Positions 13,901-30,100 of a DNA stretch of 64,000 bases are shown here, one piece after another. Position 1 is the stretch's first letter; each line of letters opens with the position of its first letter. Below the pieces are notes generated by a model, which searched no databases, was not told the origin of the DNA, and worked only from the letters and a program-made list of their open reading frames with translations. The translations under genes were made by a program, and so were the position numbers. This DNA is from Eledone cirrhosa (taxonomy: Eukaryota), in the NCBI GenBank assembly GCA_964016885.1, contig OZ024745.1, forward strand, positions 91,822,001 through 91,886,000. Direction: 5' to 3'.

Positions 13901-16900
13901 ATTACTCTGTCTGAGTATCAAACAGCTCCACTAGATACAGCAAGTTATATTACTCTGCCTGAGTATCAAACAGCTCCACTAGATACAGTAAGTTATATTA
14001 CTCTGTCTGAGTATCAAACAGCTCCACTAGATACAGTAAGTTATATTACTCTGCCTGAGTATCAAACAGCTCCACTAAATACAGTAAGTTATATTACTCT
14101 GTCTGAGTATCAAACAGCTCCACTAGATACAGCAAGTTATATTACTCTGCCTGAGTATCAAACAGCTCCACTAGATAAACTAAGTTATATTACTCTGCCT
14201 GAGTATCAAACAGCTCCACTAGATACAGTAAGTTATATTACTCTGTCTGAGTATCAAACAGCTCCACTAGATACAGTAAGTTATATTACTCTGCCTGAGT
14301 ATCAAACAGCTCCACTTGATACAGTAAGTTATATTACTCTGTCTGATTATCAAACAGCTCCACTAGATACAGTAAGTTATATTACTCTGTCTGAGTATCA
14401 AACAGCTCCACTAGATACAGTAAGTTATATTACTCTGCCTGAGTATCAAACAGCTCCACTAGATACAGTAAGTTATGTTACTCTGTCTGAGTATCAAACA
14501 GCTCCACTAAATACAGTAAGTTATATTACTCTGTCTGCGTATCAAACAGCTCCACTAGATACAGTAAGTTATATTACTCTGCCTGAGTATCAAACAGCTC
14601 CACTAGATACAGTAAGTTATATTATTCTGTCTGAGTATCAAACAGCTCCACTAGATACAGTAAGTTATATTACTCTGTCTGAGTATCAAACAGCTCCACT
14701 AGATACAGTAAGTTATATTACTCTGCCTCAGTATCAAACAGCTCCACTAGATACAGTAAGTTATATTACTCAGCCTGAGTATCAAACAGCTCCACTAGAT
14801 ACAGTAAGTTATATTACTCTGTCTGAGTATCAAACAGCTCCACTATATACAGTAGGTTATATTACTCTGCCTGAGTATCAAACAGCTCCCCTAGATACAG
14901 TAAGTTATATTACTCTGTCTGAGTATCAAACAGCTCCACTAGATACAGTAAGTTATATTACTCTGCCTGAGTATCAAACAGCTCCACTAGATACAGTAAG
15001 TTATATTACTCTGCCTGAGTATCAAGCAGCTCCACTAGATACAGTAAGTTATATTACTCTGTCTGAGTATCAAACAGCTCCACTAGATACAGTAAGTTTT
15101 ATTACTCTGCCTGAGTATCAAACAGCTCCACTAGATACAGTAAGTTATATTATTCTGTCTGAGTATCAAACAGCTCCACTAGATAAAGTAAGTTATATTA
15201 CTCTGCCTGAGTATCAAACAGCTCCACTAGAGAAAGTAAGTTATATTACTCTGCCTGAGTATCAAACAGCTCCACTAGATACAGTAAGTTATATTACTCT
15301 GCCTGAGTATCAAACAGCTCCACTAGATACAGTAAGTTATATTACTCTGTCTGATTATCAAACAGCTCCACTAGATACAGTAAGTTATATTACTCTTCCT
15401 GAGGATCAAACAGCTCCCCCAGATACAGTAAGTTATATTATTCTGCCTGAGTATCAAACAGCTCCACTAGATACAGTAAGTTATATTATTCTGTCTGAGT
15501 ATCAAACAGCTCCACTAGATACAGTAAGTTATATTACTCTGCCTGAGTATCAAACAGCTCCACTAGATACAGTAAGTTATATTACTCTGCTTGAGTATCA
15601 AACAGCTCCACTAGATACAGTAGGTTATATTACTCTGCCTGAGTATCAAACAGCTCCACTAGATACTGTAAGTTATATTACTCTGTCTGCGTATCAAACA
15701 GCTCCACTAGATACAGTAAGTTATATTACTCTGTCTGAGTATCAAACCGCTCCACTAGATACAGTAAGTTATATTACTCTGCCTGAGTATCAAACAGCTC
15801 CACTAGATAAAGTAAGTTATATTACTCTGCCTGAGTATCAAACAGCTCCACTAGATACAGTAAGTTATATTACTCTGTCTGATTATCAAACAGCTCCACT
15901 AGATACAGTAAGTTATATTACTCTGTCTGCGTATCAAACAGCTCCACTAGATACAGTAAATTATATTACTCTGTCTGAGTATCAAACCGCTCCACTAGAT
16001 ACAGTAAGTTATATTACTCTGCCTGAGTATCAAACAGCTCCACTAGATAAAGTAAGTTATATTACTCTGTCTGAGTATCAAACAGCTCCACTAGATACAG
16101 TAAGTTATATTACTCTGTCTGATTATCAAACAGCTCCACTAGATACAGTAAGTTATATTACTCTGCCTGAGTATCAAACAGCTCCACTAGATAAAGTAAG
16201 TTATATTACTCTGCCTGAGTATCAAACAGCTCCACTAGATAAAGTAAGTTATATTACTCTGCCTGAGTATCAAACAGCTCCACTAGATACAGTAAGTTAT
16301 ATTACTCTGCCTGAGTATCAAACAGCTCCACTAGATACAGTAAGTTATATTATTCTGTCTGAGTATCAAACAGCTCCACTAGATACAGTAAGTTATATTA
16401 CTCTGTCTGAGTATAAAACAGCTCCACTAGATACAGTAAGTTATATTACTCTGCCTGAGTATCAAACAGCTCCACTAGATACAGTAAGTTATATTACTCT
16501 GCCTGAGTATCAAACAGCTCCACTAGATACAGTAAGTTATATTACTCTGTCTGAGTATCAAACAGCTCCACTATATACAGTAGGTTATATTACTCTGCCT
16601 GAGTATCAAACAGCTCCCCTAGATACAGTAGGTTATATTATTCTGTCTGAGTATCAAACAGCTCCACTAGATACAGTAAGTTATATTACTCTGCCTGAGT
16701 ATCAAACAGCTCCACTAGATACAGTAAGTTATATTACTCTGCCTGAGTATCAAACAGCTCCACTAGATACAGTAAGTTATATTACTCTGCCTGAGTATCA
16801 AGCAGCTCCACTAGATACAGTAAGTTATATTACTCTGTCTGAGTATCAAACAGCTCCACTAGATACAGTAAGTTTTATTACTCTGCCTGAGTATCAAACA

Positions 16901-18199
16901 GCTCCACCAGATACAGTAAGTTATATTACTCTGCCTGAATATCAAACAGCTCCACTAGAGACAGTAAGTTATATTACTCTGTCTGAGTATCAAACAGCTC
17001 CACTAGATACAGTAAGTTATATTACTCTGTCTGAGTATCAAACAGCTCCACTAGATACTGTAAGTTATATTACTCTGTCTGCGTATCAAACAGCTCCACT
17101 AGATACAGTAAGTTATATTACTCTGTCTGAGTATCAAACAGCTCCACTAGATACAGTAAGTTATATTACTCTGCCTGAGTATCAAACAGCTCCACTAGAT
17201 AAACTAAGTTATATTACTCTGCCTGAGTATCAAACAGCTCCACTAGATACAGTAAGTTATATTACTCTGTCTGAGTATCAAACAGCTCCACTAGATACAG
17301 TAAGTTATATTACTCTGCCTGAGTATCAAACAGCTCCACTTGATACAGTAAGTTATATTACTCTGTCTGATTATCAAACAGCTCCACTAGATACAGTAAG
17401 TTATATTACTCTGTCTGAGTATCAAACAGCTCCACTAGATACAGTAAGTTATATTACTCTGCCTGAGTATCAAACAGCTCCACTAGATACAGTAAGTTAT
17501 ATTACTCTGTCTGAGTATCAAACAGCTCCACTAAATACAGTAAGTTATATTACTCTGTCTGCGTATCAAACAGCTCCACTAGATACAGTAAGTTATATTA
17601 CTCTGCCTGAGTATCAAACAGCTCCACTAGATACAGTAAGTTATATTATTCTGTCTGAGTATCAAACAGCTCCACTAGATACAGTAAGTTATATTACTCT
17701 GTCTGAGTATCAAACAGCTCCACTAGATACAGTAAGTTATATTACTCTGCCTCAGTATCAAACAGCTCCACTAGATACAGTAAGTTATATTACTCAGCCT
17801 GAGTATCAAACAGCTCCACTAGATACAGTAAGTTATATTACTCTGTCTGAGTATCAAACAGCTCCACTATATACAGTAGGTTATATTACTCTGCCTGAGT
17901 ATCAAACAGCTCCCCTAGATACAGTAGGTTATATTACTCTGTCTGAGTATCAAACAGCTCCACTAGATACAGTAAGTTATATTACTCTGCCTGAGTATCA
18001 ACCAGCTCCAATAGATACAGTAAGTTATATTACTCTGCCTGAGTATCAAACAGCTCCACTAGATACAGTAAGTTATATTACTCTGCCTGAGTATCAAGCA
18101 GCTCCACTAGATACAGTAAGTTATATTACTCTGTCTGAGTATCAAACAGCTCCACTAGATACAGTAAGTTTTATTACTCTGCCTGAGTATCAAACAGCT

Positions 18200-21100
18200 C
18201 CACTAGATACAGTAAGTTATATTATTCTGTCTGAGTATCAAACAGCTCCACTAGATAAAGTAAGTTATATTACTCTGCCTGAGTATCAAACAGCTCCACT
18301 AGATAAAGTAAGTTATATTGCTCTGCCTGAGTATCAAACAGCTCCACTAGATACAGTAAGTTATATTACTCTGCCTGAGTATCAAACAGCTCCACTAGAT
18401 ACAGTAAGTTATATTACTCTGTCTGATTATCAAACAGCTCCACTAGATACAGTAAGTTATATTACTCTGCCTGAGTATCAAACAGCTCCCCCAGATACAG
18501 TAAGTTATATTACTCTGCCTGAGTATCAAACAGCTCCACTAGATACTGGAAGTTATATTACTCTGTCTGCGTATCAAACAGCTCCACTAGATACAGTAAG
18601 TTATATTACTCTGCCTGAGTATCAAACAGCTCCACTAGATACAGTAAGTTATATTACTCTGCTTGAGTATCAAACAGCTCCACTAGATACAGTAGGTTAT
18701 ATTACTCTGCCTGAGTATCAAACAGCTCCCCTAGATACAGTAGGTTATATTACTCTGTCTGAGTATCAAACAGCTCCACTAGATACAGTAAGTTATATTA
18801 TTCTGTCTGAGTATCAAACAGCTCCACTAGATAAAGTAAGTTATATTACTCTGCCTGAGTATCAAACAGCTCCACTAGATAAAGTAAGTTATATTACTCT
18901 GCCTGAGTATCAAACAGCTCCACTAGATACAGTAAGTTATATTACTCTGTCTGATTATCAAACAGCTCCACTAGATACAGTAAGTTATATTACTCTGCCT
19001 GAGTATCAAACAGCTCCCCCAGATACAGTAAGTTATATTACTCTGCCTGAGTATTAAACAGCTCCACTAGATACAGTAAGTTATATTATTCTGTCTGAGT
19101 ATCAAACAGCTCCACTAGATACAGTAAGTTATATTACTCTGCCTGAGTATCAAACAGCTCCACTAGATACAGTAAGTTATATTACTCTGCTTGAGTATCA
19201 AACAGCTCCACTAGATACAGTAGGTTATATTACTCTGCCTGAGTATCAAACAGCTCCCCTAGATACAGTAGGTTATATTATTCTGTCTGAGTATCAAACA
19301 GCTCCACTAGATACAGTAAGTTATATTACTCTGCCTGAGTATCAAACAGCTCCACTAGATACAGTAAGTTATATTACTCTGCCTGAGTATCAAACAGCTC
19401 CACTAGATACAGTAAGTTATATTACTCTGCCTGAGTATCAAGCAGCTCCACTAGATACAGTAAGTTATATTACTCTGTCTGAGTATCAAACAGCTCCACT
19501 AGATACAGTAAGTTTTATTACTCTGCCTGAGTATCAAACAGCTCCACCAGATACAGTAAGTTATATTACTCTGCCTGAATATCAAACAGCTCCACTAGAG
19601 ACAGTAAGTTATATTACTCTGTCTGAGTATCAAACAGCTCCACTAGATACAGTAAGTTACATTACTCTGTCTGAGTATCAAACAGCTCCACTAGATACTG
19701 TAAGTTATATTACTCTGTCTGCATATCAAACAGCTCCACTATATACAGTAAGTTATATTACTCTGTCTGAGTATCAAACAGCTCCACTAGATACAGTAAG
19801 TTATATTACTCTGTCTGAGTATCAAACGGCTCCACTAGATACAGTAAGTTATATTACTCTGTCTGAGTATCAAACAGCTCCACTAGATACAGTAAGTTAT
19901 ATTACTCTGTCTGAGTATCAAACAGCTCCACTAGATACTGTAAGTTATATTACTCTGTCTGCGTATCAAACAGCTCCACTAGATACAGTAAGTTATATTA
20001 CTCTGTCTGAGTATCAAACAGCTCCACTAGATACAGTAAGTTATATTACTCTGCCTGAGTATCAAACAGCTCCACTAGATAAACTAAGTTATATTACTCT
20101 GCCTGAGTATCAAACAGCTCCACTAGATACAGTAAGTTATATTACTCTGTCTGAGTATCAAACAGCTCCACTAGATACAGTAAGTTATATTACTCTGCCT
20201 GAGTATCAAACAGCTCCACTTGATACAGTAAGTTATATTACTCTGTCTGATTATCAAACAGCTCCACTAGATACAGTAAGTTATATTACTCTGTCTGAGT
20301 ATCAAACAGCTCCACTAGATACAGTAAGTTATATTACTCTGCCTGAGTATCAAACAGCTCCACTAGATACAGTAAGTTATATTACTCTGTCTGCGTATCA
20401 AACAGCTCCACTAGATACAGTAAGTTATATTACTCTGCCTGAGTATAAAACAGCTCCACTAGATACAGTAAGTTATATTATTCTGTCTGAGTATCAAACA
20501 GCTCCACTAGATACAGTAAGTTATATTACTCTGTCTGAGTATCAAACAGCTCCACTAGATACAGTAAGTTATATTACTCTGCCTCAGTATCAAACAGCTC
20601 CACTAGATACAGTAAGTTATATTACTCAGCCTGAGTATCAAACAGCTCCACTAGATACAGTAAGTTATATTACTCTGTCTGAGTATCAAACAGCTCCACT
20701 ATATACAGTAGGTTATATTACTCTGCCTGAATATCAAACAGCTCCACTAGAGACAGTAAGTTATATTACTCTGTCTGCGTATCAAACAGCTCCACTAGAT
20801 ACAGTAAGTTATATTACTCTGCCTGAGTATCAAACAGCTCCACTAGATACAGTAAGTTATATTACTCTGCCTGAGTATCAAGCAGCTCCACTAGATACAG
20901 TAAGTTATATTACTCTGTCTGAGTATCAAACAGCTCCACTAGATACAGTAAGTTTTATTACTCTGCCTGAGTATCAAACAGCTCCACCAGATACAGTAAG
21001 TTATATTACTCTGCCTGAATATCAAACAGCTCCACTAGAGACAGTAAGTTATATTACTCTGTCTGAGTATCAAACAGCTCCACTAGATACAGTAAGTTAT

Positions 21101-24100
21101 ATTACTCTGTCTGAGTATCAAACAGCTCCACTAGATACTGTAAGTTATATTACTCTGTCTGCATATCAAACAGCTCCACTATATACAGTAAGTTATATTA
21201 CTCTGTCTGAGTATCAAACAGCTCCACTAGATACAGTAAGTTATATTACTCTGTCTGAGTATCAAACGGCTCCACTAGATACAGTAAGTTATATTACTCT
21301 GTCTGAGTATCAAACAGCTCCACTAGATACAGTAAGTTATATTACTCTGTCTGAGTATCAAACAGCTCCACTAGATACTGTAAGTTATATTACTCTGTCT
21401 GCGTATCAAACAGCTCCACTAGATACAGTAAGTTATATTACTCTGTCTGAGTATCAAACAGCTCCACTAGATACAGTAAGTTATATTACTCTGCCTGAGT
21501 ATCAAACAGCTCCACTAGATAAACTAAGTTATATTACTCTGCCTGAGTATCAAACAGCTCCACTAGATACAGTAAGTTATATTACTCTGTCTGAGTATCA
21601 AACAGCTCCACTAGATACAGTAAGTTATATTACTCTGCCTGAGTATCAAACAGCTCCACTTGATACAGTAAGTTATATTACTCTGTCTGATTATCAAACA
21701 GCTCCACTAGATACAGTAAGTTATATTACTCTGTCTGAGTATCAAACAGCTCCACTAGATACAGTAAGTTATATTACTCTGCCTGAGTATCAAACAGCTC
21801 CACTAGATACAGTAAGTTATATTACTCTGTCTGAGTATCAAACAGCTCCACTAAATACAGTAAGTTATATTACTCTGTCTGCGTATCAAACAGCTCCACT
21901 AGATACAGTAAGTTATATTACTCTGCCTGAGTATCAAACAGCTCCACTAGATACAGTAAGTTATATTATTCTGTCTGAGTATCAAACAGCTCCACTAGAT
22001 ACAGTAAGTTATATTACTCTGTCTGAGTATCAAACAGCTCCACTAGATACAGTAAGTTATATTACTCTGCCTCAGTATCAAACAGCTCCACTAGATACAG
22101 TAAGTTATATTACTCAGCCTGAGTATCAAACGGCTCCACTAGATACAGTAAGTTATATTACTCTGTCTGAGTATCAAACAGCTCCACTATATACAGTAGG
22201 TTATATTACTCTGCCTGAGTATCAAACAGCTCCACTAGATACAGTAAGTTATATTACTCTGTCTGAGTATCAAACAGCTCCACTAGATACAGTAAGTTAT
22301 ATTACTCTGCCTGAGTATCAACCAGCTCCAATAGATACAGTAAGTTATATTACTCTGCCTGAGTATCAAACAGCTCCACTAGATACAGTAAGTTATATTA
22401 CTCTGCCTGAGTATCAAGCAGCTCCACTAGATACAGTAAGTTATATTACTCTGTCTGAGTATCAAACAGCTCCACTAGATACAGTAAGTTTTATTACTCT
22501 GCCTGAGTATCAAACAGCTCCACTAGATACAGTAAGTTATATTACTCTGTCTGAGTATCAAACAGCTCCACTAGATACAGTAAGTTATATTACTCTGCCT
22601 GAGTATCAAACAGCTCCACTAGATACAGTAAGTTATATTACTCTGTCTGAGTATCAAACAGCTCCACTAAATACAGTAAGTTATATTACTCTGTCTGCGT
22701 ATCAAATAGCTCCACTAGATACAGTAAGTTATATTACTCTGCCTGAGTATCAAACAGCTCCACTAGATACAGTAAGTTATATTATTCTGTCTGAGTATCA
22801 AACAGCTCCACTAGATACAGTAAGTTATATTACTCTGTCTGAGTATCAAACAGCTCCACTAGATACAGTAAGTTATATTACTCTGCCTCAGTATCAAACA
22901 GCTCCACTAGATACAGTAAGTTATATTACTCAGCCTGAGTATCAAACAGCTCCACTAGATACAGTAAGTTATATTACTCTGTCTGAGTATCAAACAGCTC
23001 CACTATATACAGTAGGTTATATTACTCTGCCTGAGTATCAAACAGCTCCACTAGATACAGTAAGTTTTATTACTCTGCCTGAGTATCAAACAGCTCCACC
23101 AGATACAGTAAGTTATATTACTCTGCCTGAATATCAAACAGCTCCACTAGAGACAGTAAGTTATATTACTCTGTCTGCGTATCAAACAGCTCCACTAGAT
23201 ACAGTAAGTTATATTACTCTGCCTGAGTATCAAACAGCTCCACTAGATACTGTAAGTTATATTACTCTGTCTGCATATCAAACAGCTCCACTATATACAG
23301 TAAGTTATATTACTCTGTCTGAGTATCAAACAGCTCCACTAGATACAGTAAGTTATATTACTCTGTCTGAGTAGCAAACGGCTCCACTAGATACAGTAAG
23401 TTATATTACTCTGTCTGAGTATCAAACAGCTCCACTAGATACAGTAAGTTTTATTACTCTGCCTGAGTATCAAACAGCTCCACTAGATACAGTAAGTTAT
23501 ATTATTCTGTCTGAGTATCAAACAGCTCCACTAGATAAAGTAAGTTATATTACTCTGCCTGAGTATCAAACAGCTCCACTAGATAAAGTAAGTTATATTA
23601 CTCTGCCTGAGTATCAAACAGCTCCACTAGATACAGTAAGTTATATTACTCTGCCTGAGTATCAAACAGCTCCACTAGATACAGTAAGTTATATTATTCT
23701 GTCTGATTATCAAACAGCTCCACTAGATACAGTAAGTTATATTACTCTGCCTGAGTATCAAACAGCTCCCCCAGATACAGTAAGTTATATTACTCTGCCT
23801 GAGTATCAAACAGCTCCACTAGATACTGGAAGTTATATTACTCTGTCTGCGTATCAAACAGCTCCACTAGATACAGTAAGTTATATTACTCTGCCTGAGT
23901 ATCAAACAGCTCCACTAGATACAGTAAGTTATATTACTCTGCTTGAGTATCAAACAGCTCCACTAGATACAGTAGGTTATATTACTCTGCCTGAGTATCA
24001 AACAGCTCCCCTAGATACAGTAGGTTATATTACTCTGTCTGAGTATCAAACAGCTCCACTAGATACAGTAAGTTATATTACTCTGCCTGAGTATCAAACA

Positions 24101-27100
24101 GCTCCACTATATACAGTAGGTTATATTACTCTGCCTGAGTATCAAACAGCTCCCCTAGATACAGTAGGTTATATTACTCTGTCTGAGTATCAAACAGCTC
24201 CACTAGATACAGTAAGTTATATTACTCTGCCTGAGTATCAACCAGCTCCAATAGATACAGTAAGTTATATTACTCTGCCTGAGTATCAAACAGCTCCACT
24301 AGATACAGTAAGTTATATTACTCTGCCTGAGTATCAAGCAGCTCCACTAGATACAGTAAGTTATATTACTCTGTCTGAGTATCAAACAGCTCCACTAGAT
24401 ACAGTAAGTTTTATTACTCTGCCTGAGTATCAAACAGCTCCACTAGATACAGTAAGTTATATTATTCTGTCTGAGTATCAAACAGCTCCACTAGATAAAG
24501 TAAGTTATATTACTCTGCCTGAGTATCAAACAGCTCCACTAGATAAAGTAAGTTATATTGCTCTGCCTGAGTATCAAACAGCTCCACTAGATACAGTAAG
24601 TTATATTACTCTGCCTGAGTATCAAACAGCTCCACTAGATACAGTAAGTTATATTACTCTGTCTGATTATCAAACAGCTCCACTAGATACAGTAAGTTAT
24701 ATTACTCTGCCTGAGTATCAAACAGCTCCCCCAGATACAGTAAGTTATATTACTCTGCCTGAGTATCAAACAGCTCCACTAGATACTGGAAGTTATATTA
24801 CTCTGTCTGCGTATCAAACAGCTCCACTAGATACAGTAAGTTATATTACTCTGCCTGAGTATCAAACAGCTCCACTAGATACAGTAAGTTATATTACTCT
24901 GCTTGAGTATCAAACAGCTCCACTAGATACAGTAGGTTATATTACTCTGCCTGAGTATCAAACAGCTCCCCTAGATACAGTAGGTTATATTACTCTGTCT
25001 GAGTATCAAACAGCTCCACTAGATACAGTAAGTTATATTATTCTGTCTGAGTATCAAACAGCTCCACTAGATAAAGTAAGTTATATTACTCTGCCTGAGT
25101 ATCAAACAGCTCCACTAGATAAAGTAAGTTATATTACTCTGCCTGAGTATCAAACAGCTCCACTAGATACAGTAAGTTATATTACTCTGTCTGATTATCA
25201 AACAGCTCCACTAGATACAGTAAGTTATATTACTCTGCCTGAGTATCAAACAGCTCCCCCAGATACAGTAAGTTATATTACTCTGCCTGAGTATTAAACA
25301 GCTCCACTAGATACAGTAAGTTATATTATTCTGTCTGAGTATCAAACAGCTCCACTAGATACAGTAAGTTATATTACTCTGCCTGAGTATCAAACAGCTC
25401 CACTAGATACAGTAAGTTATATTACTCTGCTTGAGTATCAAACAGCTCCACTAGATACAGTAGGTTATATTACTCTGCCTGAGTATCAAACAGCTCCCCT
25501 AGATACAGTAGGTTATATTATTCTGTCTGAGTATCAAACAGCTCCACTAGATACAGTAAGTTATATTACTCTGCCTGAGTATCAAACAGCTCCACTAGAT
25601 ACAGTAAGTTATATTACTCTGCCTGAGTATCAAACAGCTCCACTAGATACAGTAAGTTATATTACTCTGCCTGAGTATCAAGCAGCTCCACTAGATACAG
25701 TAAGTTATATTACTCTGTCTGAGTATCAAACAGCTCCACTAGATACAGTAAGTTTTATTACTCTGCCTGAGTATCAAACAGCTCCACTAGATACAGTAAG
25801 TTATATTATTCTGTCTGAGTATCAAACAGCTCCACTAGATAAAGTAAGTTATATTACTCTGCCTGAGTATCAAACAGCTCCACTAGATAAAGTAAGTTAT
25901 ATTGCTCTGCCTGAGTATCAAACAGCTCCACTAGATACAGTAAGTTATATTACTCTGCCTGAGTATCAAACAGCTCCACTAGATACAGTAAGTTATATTA
26001 CTCTGTCTGATTATCAAACAGCTCCACTAGATACAGTAAGTTATATTACTCTGCCTGAGTATCAAACAGCTCCCCCAGATACAGTAAGTTATATTACTCT
26101 GCCTGAGTATCAAACAGCTCCACTAGATACTGGAAGTTATATTACTCTGTCTGCGTATCAAACAGCTCCACTAGATACAGTAAGTTATATTACTCTGCCT
26201 GAGTATCAAACAGCTCCACTAGATACAGTAAGTTATATTACTCTGCTTGAGTATCAAACAGCTCCACTAGATACAGTAGGTTATATTACTCTGCCTGAGT
26301 ATCAAACAGCTCCCCTAGATACAGTAGGTTATATTACTCTGTCTGAGTATCAAACAGCTCCACTAGATACAGTAAGTTATATTATTCTGTCTGAGTATCA
26401 AACAGCTCCACTAGATAAAGTAAGTTATATTACTCTGCCTGAGTATCAAACAGCTCCACTAGATAAAGTAAGTTATATTACTCTGCCTGAGTATCAAACA
26501 GCTCCACTAGATACAGTAAGTTATATTACTCTGTCTGATTATCAAACAGCTCCACTAGATACAGTAAGTTATATTACTCTGCCTGAGTATCAAACAGCTC
26601 CCCCAGATACAGTAAGTTATATTACTCTGCCTGAGTATTAAACAGCTCCACTAGATACAGTAAGTTATATTATTCTGTCTGAGTATCAAACAGCTCCACT
26701 AGATACAGTAAGTTATATTACTCTGCCTGAGTATCAAACAGCTCCACTAGATACAGTAAGTTATATTACTCTGCTTGAGTATCAAACAGCTCCACTAGAT
26801 ACAGTAGGTTATATTACTCTGCCTGAGTATCAAACAGCTCCCCTAGATACAGTAGGTTATATTATTCTGTCTGAGTATCAAACAGCTCCACTAGATACAG
26901 TAAGTTATATTACTCTGCCTGAGTATCAAACAGCTCCACTAGATACAGTAAGTTATATTACTCTGCCTGAGTATCAAACAGCTCCACTAGATACAGTAAG
27001 TTATATTACTCTGCCTGAGTATCAAGCAGCTCCACTAGATACAGTAAGTTATATTACTCTGTCTGAGTATCAAACAGCTCCACTAGATACAGTAAGTTTT

Positions 27101-30100
27101 ATTACTCTGCCTGAGTATCAAACAGCTCCACCAGATACAGTAAGTTATATTACTCTGCCTGAATATCAAACAGCTCCACTAGAGACAGTAAGTTATATTA
27201 CTCTGTCTGAGTATCAAACAGCTCCACTAGATACAGTAAGTTACATTACTCTGTCTGAGTATCAAACAGCTCCACTAGATACTGTAAGTTATATTACTCT
27301 GTCTGCATATCAAACAGCTCCACTATATACAGTAAGTTATATTACTCTGTCTGAGTATCAAACAGCTCCACTAGATACAGTAAGTTATATTACTCTGTCT
27401 GAGTATCAAACGGCTCCACTAGATACAGTAAGTTATATTACTCTGTCTGAGTATCAAACAGCTCCACTAGATACAGTAAGTTATATTACTCTGTCTGAGT
27501 ATCAAACAGCTCCACTAGATACTGTAAGTTATATTACTCTGTCTGCGTATCAAACAGCTCCACTAGATACAGTAAGTTATATTACTCTGTCTGAGTATCA
27601 AACAGCTCCACTAGATACAGTAAGTTATATTACTCTGCCTGAGTATCAAACAGCTCCACTAGATAAACTAAGTTATATTACTCTGCCTGAGTATCAAACA
27701 GCTCCACTAGATACAGTAAGTTATATTACTCTGTCTGAGTATCAAACAGCTCCACTAGATACAGTAAGTTATATTACTCTGCCTGAGTATCAAACAGCTC
27801 CACTTGATACAGTAAGTTATATTACTCTGTCTGATTATCAAACAGCTCCACTAGATACAGTAAGTTATATTACTCTGTCTGAGTATCAAACAGCTCCACT
27901 AGATACAGTAAGTTATATTACTCTGCCTGAGTATCAAACAGCTCCACTAGATACAGTAAGTTATATTACTCTGTCTGCGTATCAAACAGCTCCACTAGAT
28001 ACAGTAAGTTATATTACTCTGCCTGAGTATAAAACAGCTCCACTAGATACAGTAAGTTATATTATTCTGTCTGAGTATCAAACAGCTCCACTAGATACAG
28101 TAAGTTATATTACTCTGTCTGAGTATCAAACAGCTCCACTAGATACAGTAAGTTATATTACTCTGCCTCAGTATCAAACAGCTCCACTAGATACAGTAAG
28201 TTATATTACTCAGCCTGAGTATCAAACAGCTCCACTAGATACAGTAAGTTATATTACTCTGTCTGAGTATCAAACAGCTCCACTATATACAGTAGGTTAT
28301 ATTACTCTGCCTGAATATCAAACAGCTCCACTAGAGACAGTAAGTTATATTACTCTGTCTGCGTATCAAACAGCTCCACTAGATACAGTAAGTTATATTA
28401 CTCTGCCTGAGTATCAAACAGCTCCACTAGATACAGTAAGTTATATTACTCTGCCTGAGTATCAAGCAGCTCCACTAGATACAGTAAGTTATATTACTCT
28501 GTCTGAGTATCAAACAGCTCCACTAGATACAGTAAGTTTTATTACTCTGCCTGAGTATCAAACAGCTCCACCAGATACAGTAAGTTATATTACTCTGCCT
28601 GAATATCAAACAGCTCCACTAGAGACAGTAAGTTATATTACTCTGTCTGAGTATCAAACAGCTCCACTAGATACAGTAAGTTATATTACTCTGTCTGAGT
28701 ATCAAACAGCTCCACTAGATACTGTAAGTTATATTACTCTGTCTGCATATCAAACAGCTCCACTATATACAGTAAGTTATATTACTCTGTCTGAGTATCA
28801 AACAGCTCCACTAGATACAGTAAGTTATATTACTCTGTCTGAGTATCAAACGGCTCCACTAGATACAGTAAGTTATATTACTCTGTCTGAGTATCAAACA
28901 GCTCCACTAGATACAGTAAGTTATATTACTCTGTCTGAGTATCAAACAGCTCCACTAGATACTGTAAGTTATATTACTCTGTCTGCGTATCAAACAGCTC
29001 CACTAGATACAGTAAGTTATATTACTCTGTCTGAGTATCAAACAGCTCCACTAGATACAGTAAGTTATATTACTCTGCCTGAGTATCAAACAGCTCCACT
29101 AGATAAACTAAGTTATATTACTCTGCCTGAGTATCAAACAGCTCCACTAGATACAGTAAGTTATATTACTCTGTCTGAGTATCAAACAGCTCCACTAGAT
29201 ACAGTAAGTTATATTACTCTGCCTGAGTATCAAACAGCTCCACTTGATACAGTAAGTTATATTACTCTGTCTGATTATCAAACAGCTCCACTAGATACAG
29301 TAAGTTATATTACTCTGTCTGAGTATCAAACAGCTCCACTAGATACAGTAAGTTATATTACTCTGCCTGAGTATCAAACAGCTCCACTAGATACAGTAAG
29401 TTATATTACTCTGTCTGAGTATCAAACAGCTCCACTAAATACAGTAAGTTATATTACTCTGTCTGCGTATCAAACAGCTCCACTAGATACAGTAAGTTAT
29501 ATTACTCTGCCTGAGTATCAAACAGCTCCACTAGATACAGTAAGTTATATTATTCTGTCTGAGTATCAAACAGCTCCACTAGATACAGTAAGTTATATTA
29601 CTCTGTCTGAGTATCAAACAGCTCCACTAGATACAGTAAGTTATATTACTCTGCCTCAGTATCAAACAGCTCCACTAGATACAGTAAGTTATATTACTCA
29701 GCCTGAGTATCAAACAGCTCCACTAGATACAGTAAGTTATATTACTCTGTCTGAGTATCAAACAGCTCCACTATATACAGTAGGTTATATTACTCTGCCT
29801 GAGTATCAAACAGCTCCACTAGATACAGTAAGTTATATTACTCTGTCTGAGTATCAAACAGCTCCACTAGATACAGTAAGTTATATTACTCTGCCTGAGT
29901 ATCAACCAGCTCCAATAGATACAGTAAGTTATATTACTCTGCCTGAGTATCAAACAGCTCCACTAGATACAGTAAGTTATATTACTCTGCCTGAGTATCA
30001 AGCAGCTCCACTAGATACAGTAAGTTATATTACTCTGTCTGAGTATCAAACAGCTCCACTAGATACAGTAAGTTTTATTACTCTGCCTGAGTATCAAACA

